A stretch of 64,000 nucleotides of DNA, taken from the NCBI GenBank assembly GCA_002773395.1, contig PFBI01000006.1:12049-76048 (forward strand), written 5' to 3'. Positions 36,648 to 46,033 of this stretch are shown piece by piece (positions within the stretch are counted from its first letter, which is position 1; the number at the start of each line of letters is the position of its first letter). Origin of the DNA: Candidatus Kaiserbacteria bacterium CG10_big_fil_rev_8_21_14_0_10_47_16 (GTDB lineage Bacteria; Patescibacteriota; Minisyncoccia; Phycocordibacterales; UBA918). The position numbers were made by a program, and so were the translations under genes. A model generated the notes under the pieces. The model saw nothing but the letters and a program-made list of their open reading frames with translations, ran no database searches and had not been told where the DNA came from.

Positions 36648-39600
36648 ATGTATAAACTCTGGCAATTTTTTATCCTCAACAACCGTTTCAGCTACCTCAT
36701 GATGGTTGCGTTAACTGGTTTTGGTATTCTCTCCCTCTTTCTTATTCCGAAAGAATCAGCTCCCGAGGTACAAATTCCAATCGGCGTGGTGAGTGTCCTC
36801 CTTCCTGGAGCACCTGCAGCAGACATCGAATCCCTCGTCACAAATGAGATTGAGCGAGGTATCGCCGGCTCACTTGAGAACGTAAAATCAATTACCTCCA
36901 CCTCACGAGAGAGTGTGTCTGTGGTGACCGTTGAGTTTGAAGACAGTGCAGATATTGATGTTGCGATTCAAGATCTTAAAGATAAAATCGACACCATCAA
37001 ACCCAATCTTCCAACGGATGCTGAAGATCCTGTAGTGTCGGAAGTAAATTTTGTCGATCAACCAGTCATGACGGTTGCGCTTTCTGCCAATCTTACTGAC
37101 GCTGAGCTCACTGCACTTACCGATACACTCGAAGTTGAAGTTGAGAACGTATCGGGCGTTTCTCGTATGGAAAAAAGCGGAGTGCGTGATCGAGAAGTAA
37201 CCGTTGTGGCCGACCAAGCGTCTCTCCAACGTTATGACATGAGCGTGATTGATATTTTAAATGGTATCCGCTCTGCAAACAGCACCTTCCCTGTCGGACA
37301 AATTGAGAACGACGGTGTGAACTACAACATTGCGTTTGAAGGTGATATTGCTGATAGCACCGAAATAGCCGGCATCGTAATCGGTATTCGTGGTGGTCAA
37401 CCAGTCTACGTCCGCGATGTTGCCAAGATTGATGATGGACTCGGTCCGACCGTTACCCTCTCTCGCCTCTCTGTCGACGGAAAGCCGTCAGTACACGCTG
37501 CATCCTTTAGTGTGTACAAACAGCGTGGTGGCGATATCACCCGCATCACCGGCGCAGTGAACGACCGTCTGAGTGAGCTTCAAAAGCCCGGTGAACTTCT
37601 TGATGGTATTACCGTCGTCACTGTCCTCGATAGCGGAAAGGATATCAAAACAGACCTCACAAGGCTCTCTCGATCAGGTGTACAAACGGTTATCCTCGTT
37701 ATTATTGTGCTGGTTCTTGCCATTGGTTGGCGAGAAGGATTTGTTGCAGGAAGCGCAATCCCTCTTTCGTTCCTCATTGGATTCATCGGCCTTTATCTCT
37801 CAGGTAATACCATAAACTTCGTAAGCCTTTTTGCGCTCATTCTTGCCATCGGTATTCTTGTCGATTCGGCAATTGTGATGGTTGAAGGAATCAACCGCCG
37901 TATGAAGGAAGACCCCCATATTGATAAATCAAAAGCTGCACTCGAGACTATTCGTGAGTTTAGTACTCCGCTCATTTCTGGAACACTCACGACGGTTGCT
38001 ATGTTCTCTGGACTCTTCCTCATCTCTGGAGTCACCGGCCAATTCATTGGAGCGATTCCGTTTACGATTAACTTTATCCTTTTTGCCTCACTTCTTGTTG
38101 CACTTGGATTTGTACCGCTCATCGCATCGACAGTGCTCAGACGACGAAGTGAGACAAACTTTGAGAAAAGACAAATTGCTTATTCTCACAAACTTGAAAC
38201 GTGGTACCGCTCAAAGCTTTCGCTCATCATCGGAAATAAAAAGAACGAACGGAAGTTTCTTTGGATCATTGGTATCGCACTCATTGTTGCGCTCGCGCTT
38301 CCAATCACCGGTGTCGTAAAGGTGATCTTCTTCGAACAGTCCGATATTGATTGGATTTATGCAGAAGTAGAACTCCCACAAGGGAGCACACGCGCTGAGA
38401 CTGATGTCGCCGTACGACGTGTTGAGGAGTATCTCTACCAAGAGCCTGACGTTGCATCCTTTGTAACGACAGTTGGTCAAGCTGCTGTGTATGGTGGGAA
38501 CGGTGGTACCACCGATGAAAAGTTCGGCAACATGTTCATCACTCTTAAACCTGACCGCAAAGATACCAGTACCGATGTCGTGGAGCGACTTCGAGGTACC
38601 TTTTCTGAAATTCGTGATGTAACCGTTACCGTAGACCAGCCAAGCGATGGGCCACCAACAGGATCCGAACTCGGGTACCGTTTCCTCGGAGACGACCTTG
38701 CTGAACTCACTGAGCTTGCAAATAAAGGTGCGATTATTCTGAAGGATATTTCTGGCACCACCAACGTCGTCACGAGTACTAACAACAACAGTACCGAATT
38801 TGTACTCACACTCAATAAACAGAAAGCGTCCGCACTCGGTCTTTCACCGCAACTTATTTCTCAGACACTTCGTGCCGCAGTGTACGGTATGACCGCAACA
38901 TCACTCACGACACTCGATTCTGATATCGACGTTATTGTAAAACTCGACCTCACACAAAGTGGCGCACTCACCTCTGATGCAACGAATATTGCAAACCTTG
39001 AGACACTCAAGAACATTCAATTCATTACACCATCTGGCGAAACCGTTCTTCTCTCTTCCTTTGCGGACGTATCGCTCCGTGAATCAAGTAACGTTATTTC
39101 ACACGACGAACAACGCCGCGTCGTCTCACTTTCTGGTGGTATTACTGCTGATGGCAATATTGCGACCATCAATGCTGAATTCGAGAAGCGCTTGCGTGAA
39201 GAAATAAACATTCCAAGTGATGTCACGATTGAGATTGGTGGACAAACAGAGGAGTCCAACAAAGCATTCATGGAAATGTTCCTTGCACTTATTGTAGGAG
39301 TCATTCTCATGCTCGCTGTATTGGTATTGCAGTTCAATTCATTCCGTCACACATTCTACGTACTTTCAATTCTTCCATTCTCACTCATTGGTATCATGGC
39401 AGGACTCGCGATTACCCAACTCCCTCTTTCCTTCCCATCTATCATGGGATTCATCGCGCTCTCAGGTATTGTGGTAAATAACTCAATCCTCCTCATCGAT
39501 ATGATGAACGAGAATCGTCGCAAATACCCAGACCGTGACCTCCTTGAAAACATCATGAATGCCGCATCTTCACGACTCCGCCCGATTCTCCTTACCACCC

Positions 39601-39752
39601 TCACCACCGTGATCGGTATGATCCCGCTTACGTATGCGTCAGACCTTTGGTCACCGCTTGCGTGGGCAATTATGTTCGGACTCACCTTCTCAGTGGTCAT
39701 TACCCTTGTCCTGATTCCTGTGATTTACCACCGTAACCCAGGCAAGATTTAG
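36648..39752 (+). CDS. AcrB/CzcA family RND permease
   Basis: 1034 aa, GILVDSAIV, GIVVNNSI, RLRPILLT. Confidence 0.95.
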   Translation: MYKLWQFFILNNRFSYLMMVALTGFGILSLFLIPKESAPEVQIPIGVVSVLLPGAPAADIESLVTNEIERGIAGSLENVKSITSTSRESVSVVTVEFEDSADIDVAIQDLKDKIDTIKPNLPTDAEDPVVSEVNFVDQPVMTVALSANLTDAELTALTDTLEVEVENVSGVSRMEKSGVRDREVTVVADQASLQRYDMSVIDILNGIRSANSTFPVGQIENDGVNYNIAFEGDIADSTEIAGIVIGIRGGQPVYVRDVAKIDDGLGPTVTLSRLSVDGKPSVHAASFSVYKQRGGDITRITGAVNDRLSELQKPGELLDGITVVTVLDSGKDIKTDLTRLSRSGVQTVILVIIVLVLAIGWREGFVAGSAIPLSFLIGFIGLYLSGNTINFVSLFALILAIGILVDSAIVMVEGINRRMKEDPHIDKSKAALETIREFSTPLISGTLTTVAMFSGLFLISGVTGQFIGAIPFTINFILFASLLVALGFVPLIASTVLRRRSETNFEKRQIAYSHKLETWYRSKLSLIIGNKKNERKFLWIIGIALIVALALPITGVVKVIFFEQSDIDWIYAEVELPQGSTRAETDVAVRRVEEYLYQEPDVASFVTTVGQAAVYGGNGGTTDEKFGNMFITLKPDRKDTSTDVVERLRGTFSEIRDVTVTVDQPSDGPPTGSELGYRFLGDDLAELTELANKGAIILKDISGTTNVVTSTNNNSTEFVLTLNKQKASALGLSPQLISQTLRAAVYGMTATSLTTLDSDIDVIVKLDLTQSGALTSDATNIANLETLKNIQFITPSGETVLLSSFADVSLRESSNVISHDEQRRVVSLSGGITADGNIATINAEFEKRLREEINIPSDVTIEIGGQTEESNKAFMEMFLALIVGVILMLAVLVLQFNSFRHTFYVLSILPFSLIGIMAGLAITQLPLSFPSIMGFIALSGIVVNNSILLIDMMNENRRKYPDRDLLENIMNAASSRLRPILLTTLTTVIGMIPLTYASDLWSPLAWAIMFGLTFSVVITLVLIPVIYHRNPGKI

Positions 39753-39797
39753 AGGAATTGCGTACCATATACAAATATGGTACGCTTGCAACCACAT

Positions 39798-40043
39798 ATG
39801 TCAGTAAACGTTCAGGTAGAAAAAAACAACAACGAAAGCACTGCGAACCTTATTCGTCGTTTTACGAAGCGCGTACAAGGATCAGGGATTATTAATCGTA
39901 TCCGTCGTGAGCGTTACTACAAACGCGCAAAGTCACGGAACATTGGTAAGACTGCCAAACTCCTCAAGCTCGAAAAGAAGGTAAAGTACGAAACCCTTCT
40001 CAAGCTCGGTAAGATTCAAGAAACTCGCGGACGCCGACGATAA
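39798..40043 (+). CDS. rpsU: 30S ribosomal protein S21-like
   Basis: NES...LIRRF.KRV..SG.....R..RYY; very basic. Confidence 0.75.
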   Translation: MSVNVQVEKNNNESTANLIRRFTKRVQGSGIINRIRRERYYKRAKSRNIGKTAKLLKLEKKVKYETLLKLGKIQETRGRRR

Positions 40044-40049
40044 TCATAC

Positions 40050-40085
40050 AAAAACGACCGCACGGGACTCCGTGCGGTCGTTTTT
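40050..40085 (+). terminator. Intrinsic terminator
   Basis: AAAAACGACCGCACGG-GACT-CCGTGCGGTCGTTTTT. Confidence 0.85.
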
Positions 40086-40136
40086 AGTTTATAACCCGTC
40101 TGTAAGCCAGCCTAAGTAGCGTATACTAGCAAGAAC

Positions 40137-40517
40137 ATGAAAGCATTTGACGTTTCAGCAACAGTGGCTGAGTACCCGAAACTCCCGTACGAAAAGATAA
40201 AGAATGATATCTTGGGAAGTTCTTACAATCTGTCTCTCGTTTTTATTGGGAAGACACGCGCACAATCACTCAACAAAACGTACCGAAAGAAATCGTATGT
40301 ACCGAATGTACTTTCGTTTCCAATCGAAAAGAGTGTAGGAGAAATTTTTATTACACCGGAAGTTGCGCAGCGTGAAGCAAAGAAACACGACCTCTCCTAC
40401 TCAGGATATATCGGATTTTTGTTTATCCACGGTTTATTGCATTTGAAAGGACTCGCTCACGGCGATACAATGGAGAAAGCAGAAAAACGCTTCATTTCAA
40501 AGTATCGACTGAAGTAA
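40137..40517 (+). CDS. ybeY: rRNA maturation endoribonuclease YbeY
   Basis: LN..YR, NVLSF, GEI, HGLLHLKGLAH. Confidence 0.95.
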   Translation: MKAFDVSATVAEYPKLPYEKIKNDILGSSYNLSLVFIGKTRAQSLNKTYRKKSYVPNVLSFPIEKSVGEIFITPEVAQREAKKHDLSYSGYIGFLFIHGLLHLKGLAHGDTMEKAEKRFISKYRLK

Positions 40518-40540
40518 TGGTGGGAGTGTACACATAATAT

Positions 40541-41710
40541 ATGGCAGATAAAATCGTAACCGGAATAGACGTAGGAACCTTTCAAGTAAAGGTGGTTATT
40601 ACGAGCTGCCCAAAGAAAGATGCGAGTCGTACACTTCCCCAGATTATTGGTACAGGATTTGCTGAATCACGAGGTCTCCGCAACGGCTACATCATCAACG
40701 AGAGCGACGTAGTGCGAAGTGTTCGTAACGCTGTCGCGCAAGCCGAGAAAGCCGCTGGTGTCTCTGTGAAGCACGCCTATATCTCAATGGGTGGTATTGG
40801 TCTCGATGAAATTCGCTCACGTGGTGAAGTGATTACCTCACGTGCTGACTCAGAAATTACGCAGACAGACTTGGACAAAGCGATGCAAGATAGCGAAGAA
40901 CGCATTATTGATCAAATCCCGAACCGTCGAATACTCCACGCAATTCCCCTTTCATACGTTGTTGACGGTGACCCTGTCTTTGGCCGCCCACACGGTCTCA
41001 AGGGTACGAAGCTCGAAGTTGAGACACTCTTCATCACTGCCTTCGAACAGCACCTCAGCGACCTTGTAGGGGCCATTGAGGGCATTGGTATCGCTGTGGA
41101 CGATGTTATGGCATCACCTGTTGCAGGAAGTCTCGTGATGCTCACAAAAGCTCAGAAACGAGCCGGATGCGTACTTGCCAATATCGGCGCTGAAACTGTT
41201 TCGATTGTGGTCTTTGAAAACAGCACTCCTGTCTCACTTAAAGTCTTTCCTATTGGTTCAAGTGACATCACCAACGATATTGCGCTTGGTCTCAAGATTC
41301 CTCTGGAAGAAGCAGAGAAGGTGAAGCGCGGAGGTATGACCAGTGCAGCAATTTCAAAACGAAAACTTGATGAGATCGTAGCAGCGCGCCTCACTGATAT
41401 TTTTGAACTCATTGATTCACACCTTAAAAAGATTAAACGAGACGGACTCCTTCCGGCAGGAATTATTATTACCGGCGGCGGATCTGGTATTGCAACCATC
41501 CAAGATCTTGCAAAAGCATCTCTCCGACTTCCCTCTAAAATCGCAACACTCGATCCTGCACAAAACGGAAAAGTAAAGGATGCATCATGGGCAGTTGCGT
41601 ACGGACTTTGTATTTGGGGAAGCTCAAGTGCAGAAGAAGACACCGGGATCATAACTGCCAAGAAAGCTGGGGGCACCCTCCTCAACTGGTTGAAACAATT
41701 TCTTCCATAA
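40541..41710 (+). CDS. ftsA: Cell division protein FtsA
   Basis: GIDVGT, ITNDIA.GL, AEKVK, ITGGGS; upstream of ftsZ. Confidence 0.95.
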   Translation: MADKIVTGIDVGTFQVKVVITSCPKKDASRTLPQIIGTGFAESRGLRNGYIINESDVVRSVRNAVAQAEKAAGVSVKHAYISMGGIGLDEIRSRGEVITSRADSEITQTDLDKAMQDSEERIIDQIPNRRILHAIPLSYVVDGDPVFGRPHGLKGTKLEVETLFITAFEQHLSDLVGAIEGIGIAVDDVMASPVAGSLVMLTKAQKRAGCVLANIGAETVSIVVFENSTPVSLKVFPIGSSDITNDIALGLKIPLEEAEKVKRGGMTSAAISKRKLDEIVAARLTDIFELIDSHLKKIKRDGLLPAGIIITGGGSGIATIQDLAKASLRLPSKIATLDPAQNGKVKDASWAVAYGLCIWGSSSAEEDTGIITAKKAGGTLLNWLKQFLP

Positions 41711-41920
41711 TATAGTTTTTGACTAGTCCGGCATCCACTTACCCTGGATGTCTTTTATTTTCAATGTTATTTCAATATATTTTTCTATAAAATCAATCGC
41801 ACGAAACAGAAGAATGTCAACGGAGTGACAGGGGAAAACAGGCACGGTATGATGTGGGTACTTCGTTCTTGGGGTTGGGATCCCGAACGTATTTTGGAAT
41901 CATTAATTCAATATTCAGTT

Positions 41921-43141
41921 ATGGAACAAATAAAAACAGACGTTGAATCATTCGCACGAATTCGCGTCGTTGGTGTTGGTGGTTCAGGCAAGAATGCAGT
42001 GAACCACATGGTGAACTCGAAGGTGAAAGGGGTTGAGTTCATCGCGATCAACAGTGATGCGCAAGATTTGCACAACTCACTTGCAAAGAAGAAGATCCAC
42101 ATCGGAAAAAATCTGACGCGAGGACTTGGTGCCGGCGGTGATCCTGATATGGGACGACGTGCAGCAGAAGAAACGCGTGAAGAGATTGCAAACGCAATCA
42201 AAGGATCCGACATGGTCTTCATCACAGGAGGTATGGGAGGTGGTACCGGAACAGGATCTGCACCTGTTGTTGCAAAGATTGCACGAGAGACAGGAGCACT
42301 CACTGTTGGTGTTGTCACCAAACCATTCCTCTTTGAAGGACAAGAACGTATGCGTCTTGCCCTCCAAGGTATTGCTGAACTTCAGAAAGAGGTTGATGCC
42401 CTCATTACGATTCCAAATGACCGACTCCTCGCTATTGTTGATAAAGAAACAACAGTAAAGAACGCGTTCGAGATGTGCGATAACGTCCTCAAGCAAGCGG
42501 TAGAAGGTATCTCTGACCTTATTACCATGCCAGGTATCATTAACGTCGACTTCGCCGATATCCGAAGCGTGATGGAAAACGCAGGATCAGCACTCATGGG
42601 TGTTGGACTTGCAACTGGTGAGAAGCGTGCTGAAGAAGCTGCTCGCGGATCAATCAATTCCCCACTCCTCGAAGTCTCTATTACTGGTGCAAAGGGCGTA
42701 CTCTTTGCAATTGCTGGTGGTGACGATCTCGGAATGCTTGAAATTCAAGATGCAGCTCGTGTAATTACGGAATCAATTGACCCACATGCGAAGGTAATCT
42801 TCGGTGCCATCCGTGACGACAAGCTAAAGAAGAACGAGCTTAAGGTGACGGTTATTGCGACAGGGTTCCCTGATGCTGGATTCCCTACCCGTCGTATCCA
42901 AGAAGAAGTCCGTGATTTTGGTGGAACTGATGACAGTGACGAATCTGGACGAGGACGAATCTTTAATTCACTCGGTACACCGCGTACTCCTGAACGGACT
43001 GAACAAAAGCAACCAAAAGAACCGGTCGCTGCAGTTGAAATGAAACCAAAAGAATCAAAGCCTGTCGAACCTATTGATGAGGATGAAGATGAAGACTGGG
43101 GCGCGGTGCCGGCATTTTTGCGACGAAGTAAGCTAAAATAG
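41921..43141 (+). CDS. ftsZ: Cell division protein FtsZ
   Basis: [16 protein letters not shown]-terminal VPAFLRR. Confidence 0.98.
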   Translation: MEQIKTDVESFARIRVVGVGGSGKNAVNHMVNSKVKGVEFIAINSDAQDLHNSLAKKKIHIGKNLTRGLGAGGDPDMGRRAAEETREEIANAIKGSDMVFITGGMGGGTGTGSAPVVAKIARETGALTVGVVTKPFLFEGQERMRLALQGIAELQKEVDALITIPNDRLLAIVDKETTVKNAFEMCDNVLKQAVEGISDLITMPGIINVDFADIRSVMENAGSALMGVGLATGEKRAEEAARGSINSPLLEVSITGAKGVLFAIAGGDDLGMLEIQDAARVITESIDPHAKVIFGAIRDDKLKKNELKVTVIATGFPDAGFPTRRIQEEVRDFGGTDDSDESGRGRIFNSLGTPRTPERTEQKQPKEPVAAVEMKPKESKPVEPIDEDEDEDWGAVPAFLRRSKLK

Positions 43142-43144
43142 CCG

Positions 43145-43270
43145 GCACTGCGGGCCGGAGCGTCGTGAGTCGCTCGTCCCAGAGCGACGAACCGCGAGGC
43201 GGGCTCGCGAGTACTTACTATTTTTAGAGCGTAGCGCTATAAAAATAGTTAGTAACTTGTGAGCCGTTCC
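43145..43270. repeat. REP/MITE-like multi-hairpin element after ftsZ
   Basis: GTCGCTC/GAGCGAC stem plus long imperfect hairpin 43202-43265 whose core is shared with 31092-31121. Confidence 0.55.
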
Positions 43271-43319
43271 ACCTTTTTCCCACAAATCTAAGCTTAAATA
43301 ATTATAGCTGCCCTCTAAG

Positions 43320-43352
43320 AAAAAACCCGCGAGCAGAGCTCGCGGGTTTTTT
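43320..43352. terminator. Intrinsic terminator
   Basis: AAAAAACCCGCGAGC-AGA-GCTCGCGGGTTTTTT. Confidence 0.85.
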
Positions 43353-43402
43353 CTTTCTCTAATCTACGTTAGAATGTACTTCTATTATCGACTAAAGAAT
43401 TT

Positions 43403-44326
43403 ATGATGCACGACTTAATTATCATCGGTGGAGGCCCTGCAGGTATTGCTGCCGGCGTCTACGCATCTCGCAAGCAACTCAAGACACAATTTGTTACGAA
43501 AGAATGGGGCGGACAAAGTATTGTCTCTCCCGATATTCAAAACTGGATTGGAACACCACATATTTCTGGTGACGATCTCGCAAAAAACCTTGAGGCTCAC
43601 CTTCGCGAATATGCAGCTGATATAGTTGAGATCAAAAGTGGATCACTCGCGACGGCAGTTACAAAGACCGACGCCGGCTTCTCCGTAACACTTGAAGACG
43701 GATCTACGTCAGAAGCAAAGGCAGTACTGATTGCCGCAGGTTCAAATCGTCGAAAACTCGATGTTCCAGGTGCCGAAGAATTTGATAACAAAGGACTTAC
43801 CTACTGCGCATCATGCGATGGTCCCCTCTTCTCAGGACAAGATGTTGTGGTTGTCGGGGGTGGTAATGCTGGATTCGAAACCGCCGCCCAACTTCTTGCG
43901 TATACAAAGAGCGTGACCCTTCTCCACCGTGGCGATCAATTTAAAGCTGACCCTGTAACCGTAGAAAAAGTCCTCGCCCACAAAAATATGACCGCCGTAT
44001 TAAACGCTACTCCAACTGAAGTCACTGGCGATAAATTTGTAAATGGTCTCACATACACCGATGCAGAAGGTACTGAACACACACTTGCCGTCAATGGCGT
44101 ATTCGTCGAAATTGGAATGATTCCAAACACAGACTTCGTCGCAAATACTCTTAAGCTCGACGACTACAAACGAATTGAAATTGACCCATGGACACAACAA
44201 ACATCTGTTCCTGGTATTTGGGCTGCTGGTGATTGTACAAATATTAAATACCACCAAAACAATATCTCTGCAGGAGATGCGGTTCGTGCACTCGAAGATA
44301 TCTACATCAACCTACACGCCAAGTAG
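43403..44326 (+). CDS. trxB: Thioredoxin reductase-family flavoprotein
   Basis: GGGPAG, YCASCDG, GGGNAG, AAGD. Confidence 0.9.
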   Translation: MMHDLIIIGGGPAGIAAGVYASRKQLKTQFVTKEWGGQSIVSPDIQNWIGTPHISGDDLAKNLEAHLREYAADIVEIKSGSLATAVTKTDAGFSVTLEDGSTSEAKAVLIAAGSNRRKLDVPGAEEFDNKGLTYCASCDGPLFSGQDVVVVGGGNAGFETAAQLLAYTKSVTLLHRGDQFKADPVTVEKVLAHKNMTAVLNATPTEVTGDKFVNGLTYTDAEGTEHTLAVNGVFVEIGMIPNTDFVANTLKLDDYKRIEIDPWTQQTSVPGIWAAGDCTNIKYHQNNISAGDAVRALEDIYINLHAK

Positions 44327-44331
44327 TCTTT

Positions 44332-45153
44332 CTACAGACTCCCAAAAAAGATTGCTGCCACAACAACTCCCGCAAGAATAATGCGGTACCACACAAACGG
44401 CCACAGCGTGTGTTTTCGTACAAAGCCAATCATAAAGTGAATAGCGAAGAGTCCGACAATAAAGGCTGTTGCAGCTCCTACCGCGACAAGTGGCCACGAG
44501 ATATCCGCATTGAGAGCAAGGAGATCAAGGAGTTTCTTTGCTCCTGCACCAAGAAGTACTGGTATACCAAGCAAGAATGCAAAACGAGTTGATTCACTAC
44601 GCGTAAGTCCGAGAATCATACCTCCAGAAATTGCTGATCCTGAACGTGACATACCTGGAATGAGGGCGAGCGTTTGGAAGAATCCAATCTTAATCGCCAT
44701 AGACACTGTCATGACAGTAGATGGTACGGGTGGTTTTTTTAGATATCGATATTCCGCAAACATAAAGAGTCCTGATCCCACTACAAGAACTCCGGCGACG
44801 AGGAGCGGATTTCGAAACACGGTCTCCATCATTTTTTCAAGGAGAAGTCCGAAGATAACCGCAGGAATTGTTCCGATAATTAACGCCTTGAGGAGCGTTA
44901 CATTCTTTTGATCAACCGGCTGTCTTCCGAGTACGCGGAGAAATGTTTGGAACAGCACCCAAATCTCACTATAAAAATACACAATAATCGCTGCAACAGT
45001 CGCGAGGTGGAGGATTGCATCGAACGCGAGTGCGTTCGCATCTTCACTCCCAAGAAGATTCCCAAAGAGAATCAAGTGTCCCGTAGACGAAACGGGCAAA
45101 AACTCAGTAAGTCCTTGTACGAGTCCGAGAATAATAACTGAAAAGAGATCCAT
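44332..45153 (-). CDS. uppP: Undecaprenyl-diphosphate phosphatase (BacA)
   Basis: QGLTEFLPVSSTGH, PGMSRSG. Confidence 0.97.
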   Translation of the reverse strand: MDLFSVIILGLVQGLTEFLPVSSTGHLILFGNLLGSEDANALAFDAILHLATVAAIIVYFYSEIWVLFQTFLRVLGRQPVDQKNVTLLKALIIGTIPAVIFGLLLEKMMETVFRNPLLVAGVLVVGSGLFMFAEYRYLKKPPVPSTVMTVSMAIKIGFFQTLALIPGMSRSGSAISGGMILGLTRSESTRFAFLLGIPVLLGAGAKKLLDLLALNADISWPLVAVGAATAFIVGLFAIHFMIGFVRKHTLWPFVWYRIILAGVVVAAIFFGSL

Positions 45154-45277
45154 AGATATAACTGAGGCTTGATAATAGTACCGAAAGAACGGCTATACAG
45201 CGCGGTTCTGTAGGATAGATACCAGTATACTACATATGGTATACTTTTCTCATACTACTTTAGAATAGTCATCACGT

Positions 45278-45988
45278 ATGGAGAAAAATCCTTTTGCCGT
45301 CCCTATCGCAATAATCATCGCTGCCGGCCTTCTTGCGGGAGCAATCTACTTCAGTGGAAAACAAAATTCTGCGAATACTGCCAATGACGGTGATTCTTCA
45401 CCGAGTGAAGAAATTACCATCCCTCCAGTGACTGAAGCGGATCACATCTTAGGAAATCCAAATGCTCCAATCATGATTGTTGAGTATTCGGATTATGATT
45501 GTCCGTTCTGTAAAAATTTCCATGAGACAATGAAAAAAATCATGGATGACTATGGAGCAGGCGGCAAGGTTGCATGGGTCTATCGCTATTTCCCACTCCA
45601 ACAACTTCACCCGAATGCGCCTGAGCTTGCAGTCTCTGCCGAATGTGTCGCGGAACTCGGAGGAAACGATGCGTTCTGGAAATTCAGTGATCTCGTCTTT
45701 AGTGAACGAGATACCAACGAACAGACCGATATGACACGCGTACCTGAGTTTGTTGCAGCAGCCGGCGTCGACACTACAGCATTCCAAGAATGTCTCGATA
45801 GTGGTCGCTACAAATCTCTCGTAGAACAGCAGTTCAATGACGCTGTTGCGGCTGGCGGACGTGGTACTCCATACCCAATCGTCGTTGTCGGGGATCAGAA
45901 AGGCACGATCCAAGGAGCACAGCCATACTCAGTAGTAAAACAAATGATTGATACCCTTATCGCACAACTCGATAACTCAGGTAACTAA
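45278..45988 (+). CDS. DsbA/BdbD-like disulfide oxidoreductase
   Basis: N-terminal TM, EYSDYDCPFC, GTP cis-Pro loop. Confidence 0.93.
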   Translation: MEKNPFAVPIAIIIAAGLLAGAIYFSGKQNSANTANDGDSSPSEEITIPPVTEADHILGNPNAPIMIVEYSDYDCPFCKNFHETMKKIMDDYGAGGKVAWVYRYFPLQQLHPNAPELAVSAECVAELGGNDAFWKFSDLVFSERDTNEQTDMTRVPEFVAAAGVDTTAFQECLDSGRYKSLVEQQFNDAVAAGGRGTPYPIVVVGDQKGTIQGAQPYSVVKQMIDTLIAQLDNSGN

Positions 45989-46028
45989 TAAAAAAGACCG
46001 ATCGCTCTGCGATCGGTCTTTTTTATTA
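45986..46028. terminator. Bidirectional terminator
   Basis: TAATAAAAAAGACCGATCGC-TCT-GCGATCGGTCTTTTTTATTA. Confidence 0.85.
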
Positions 46029-46033
46029 CCCTC

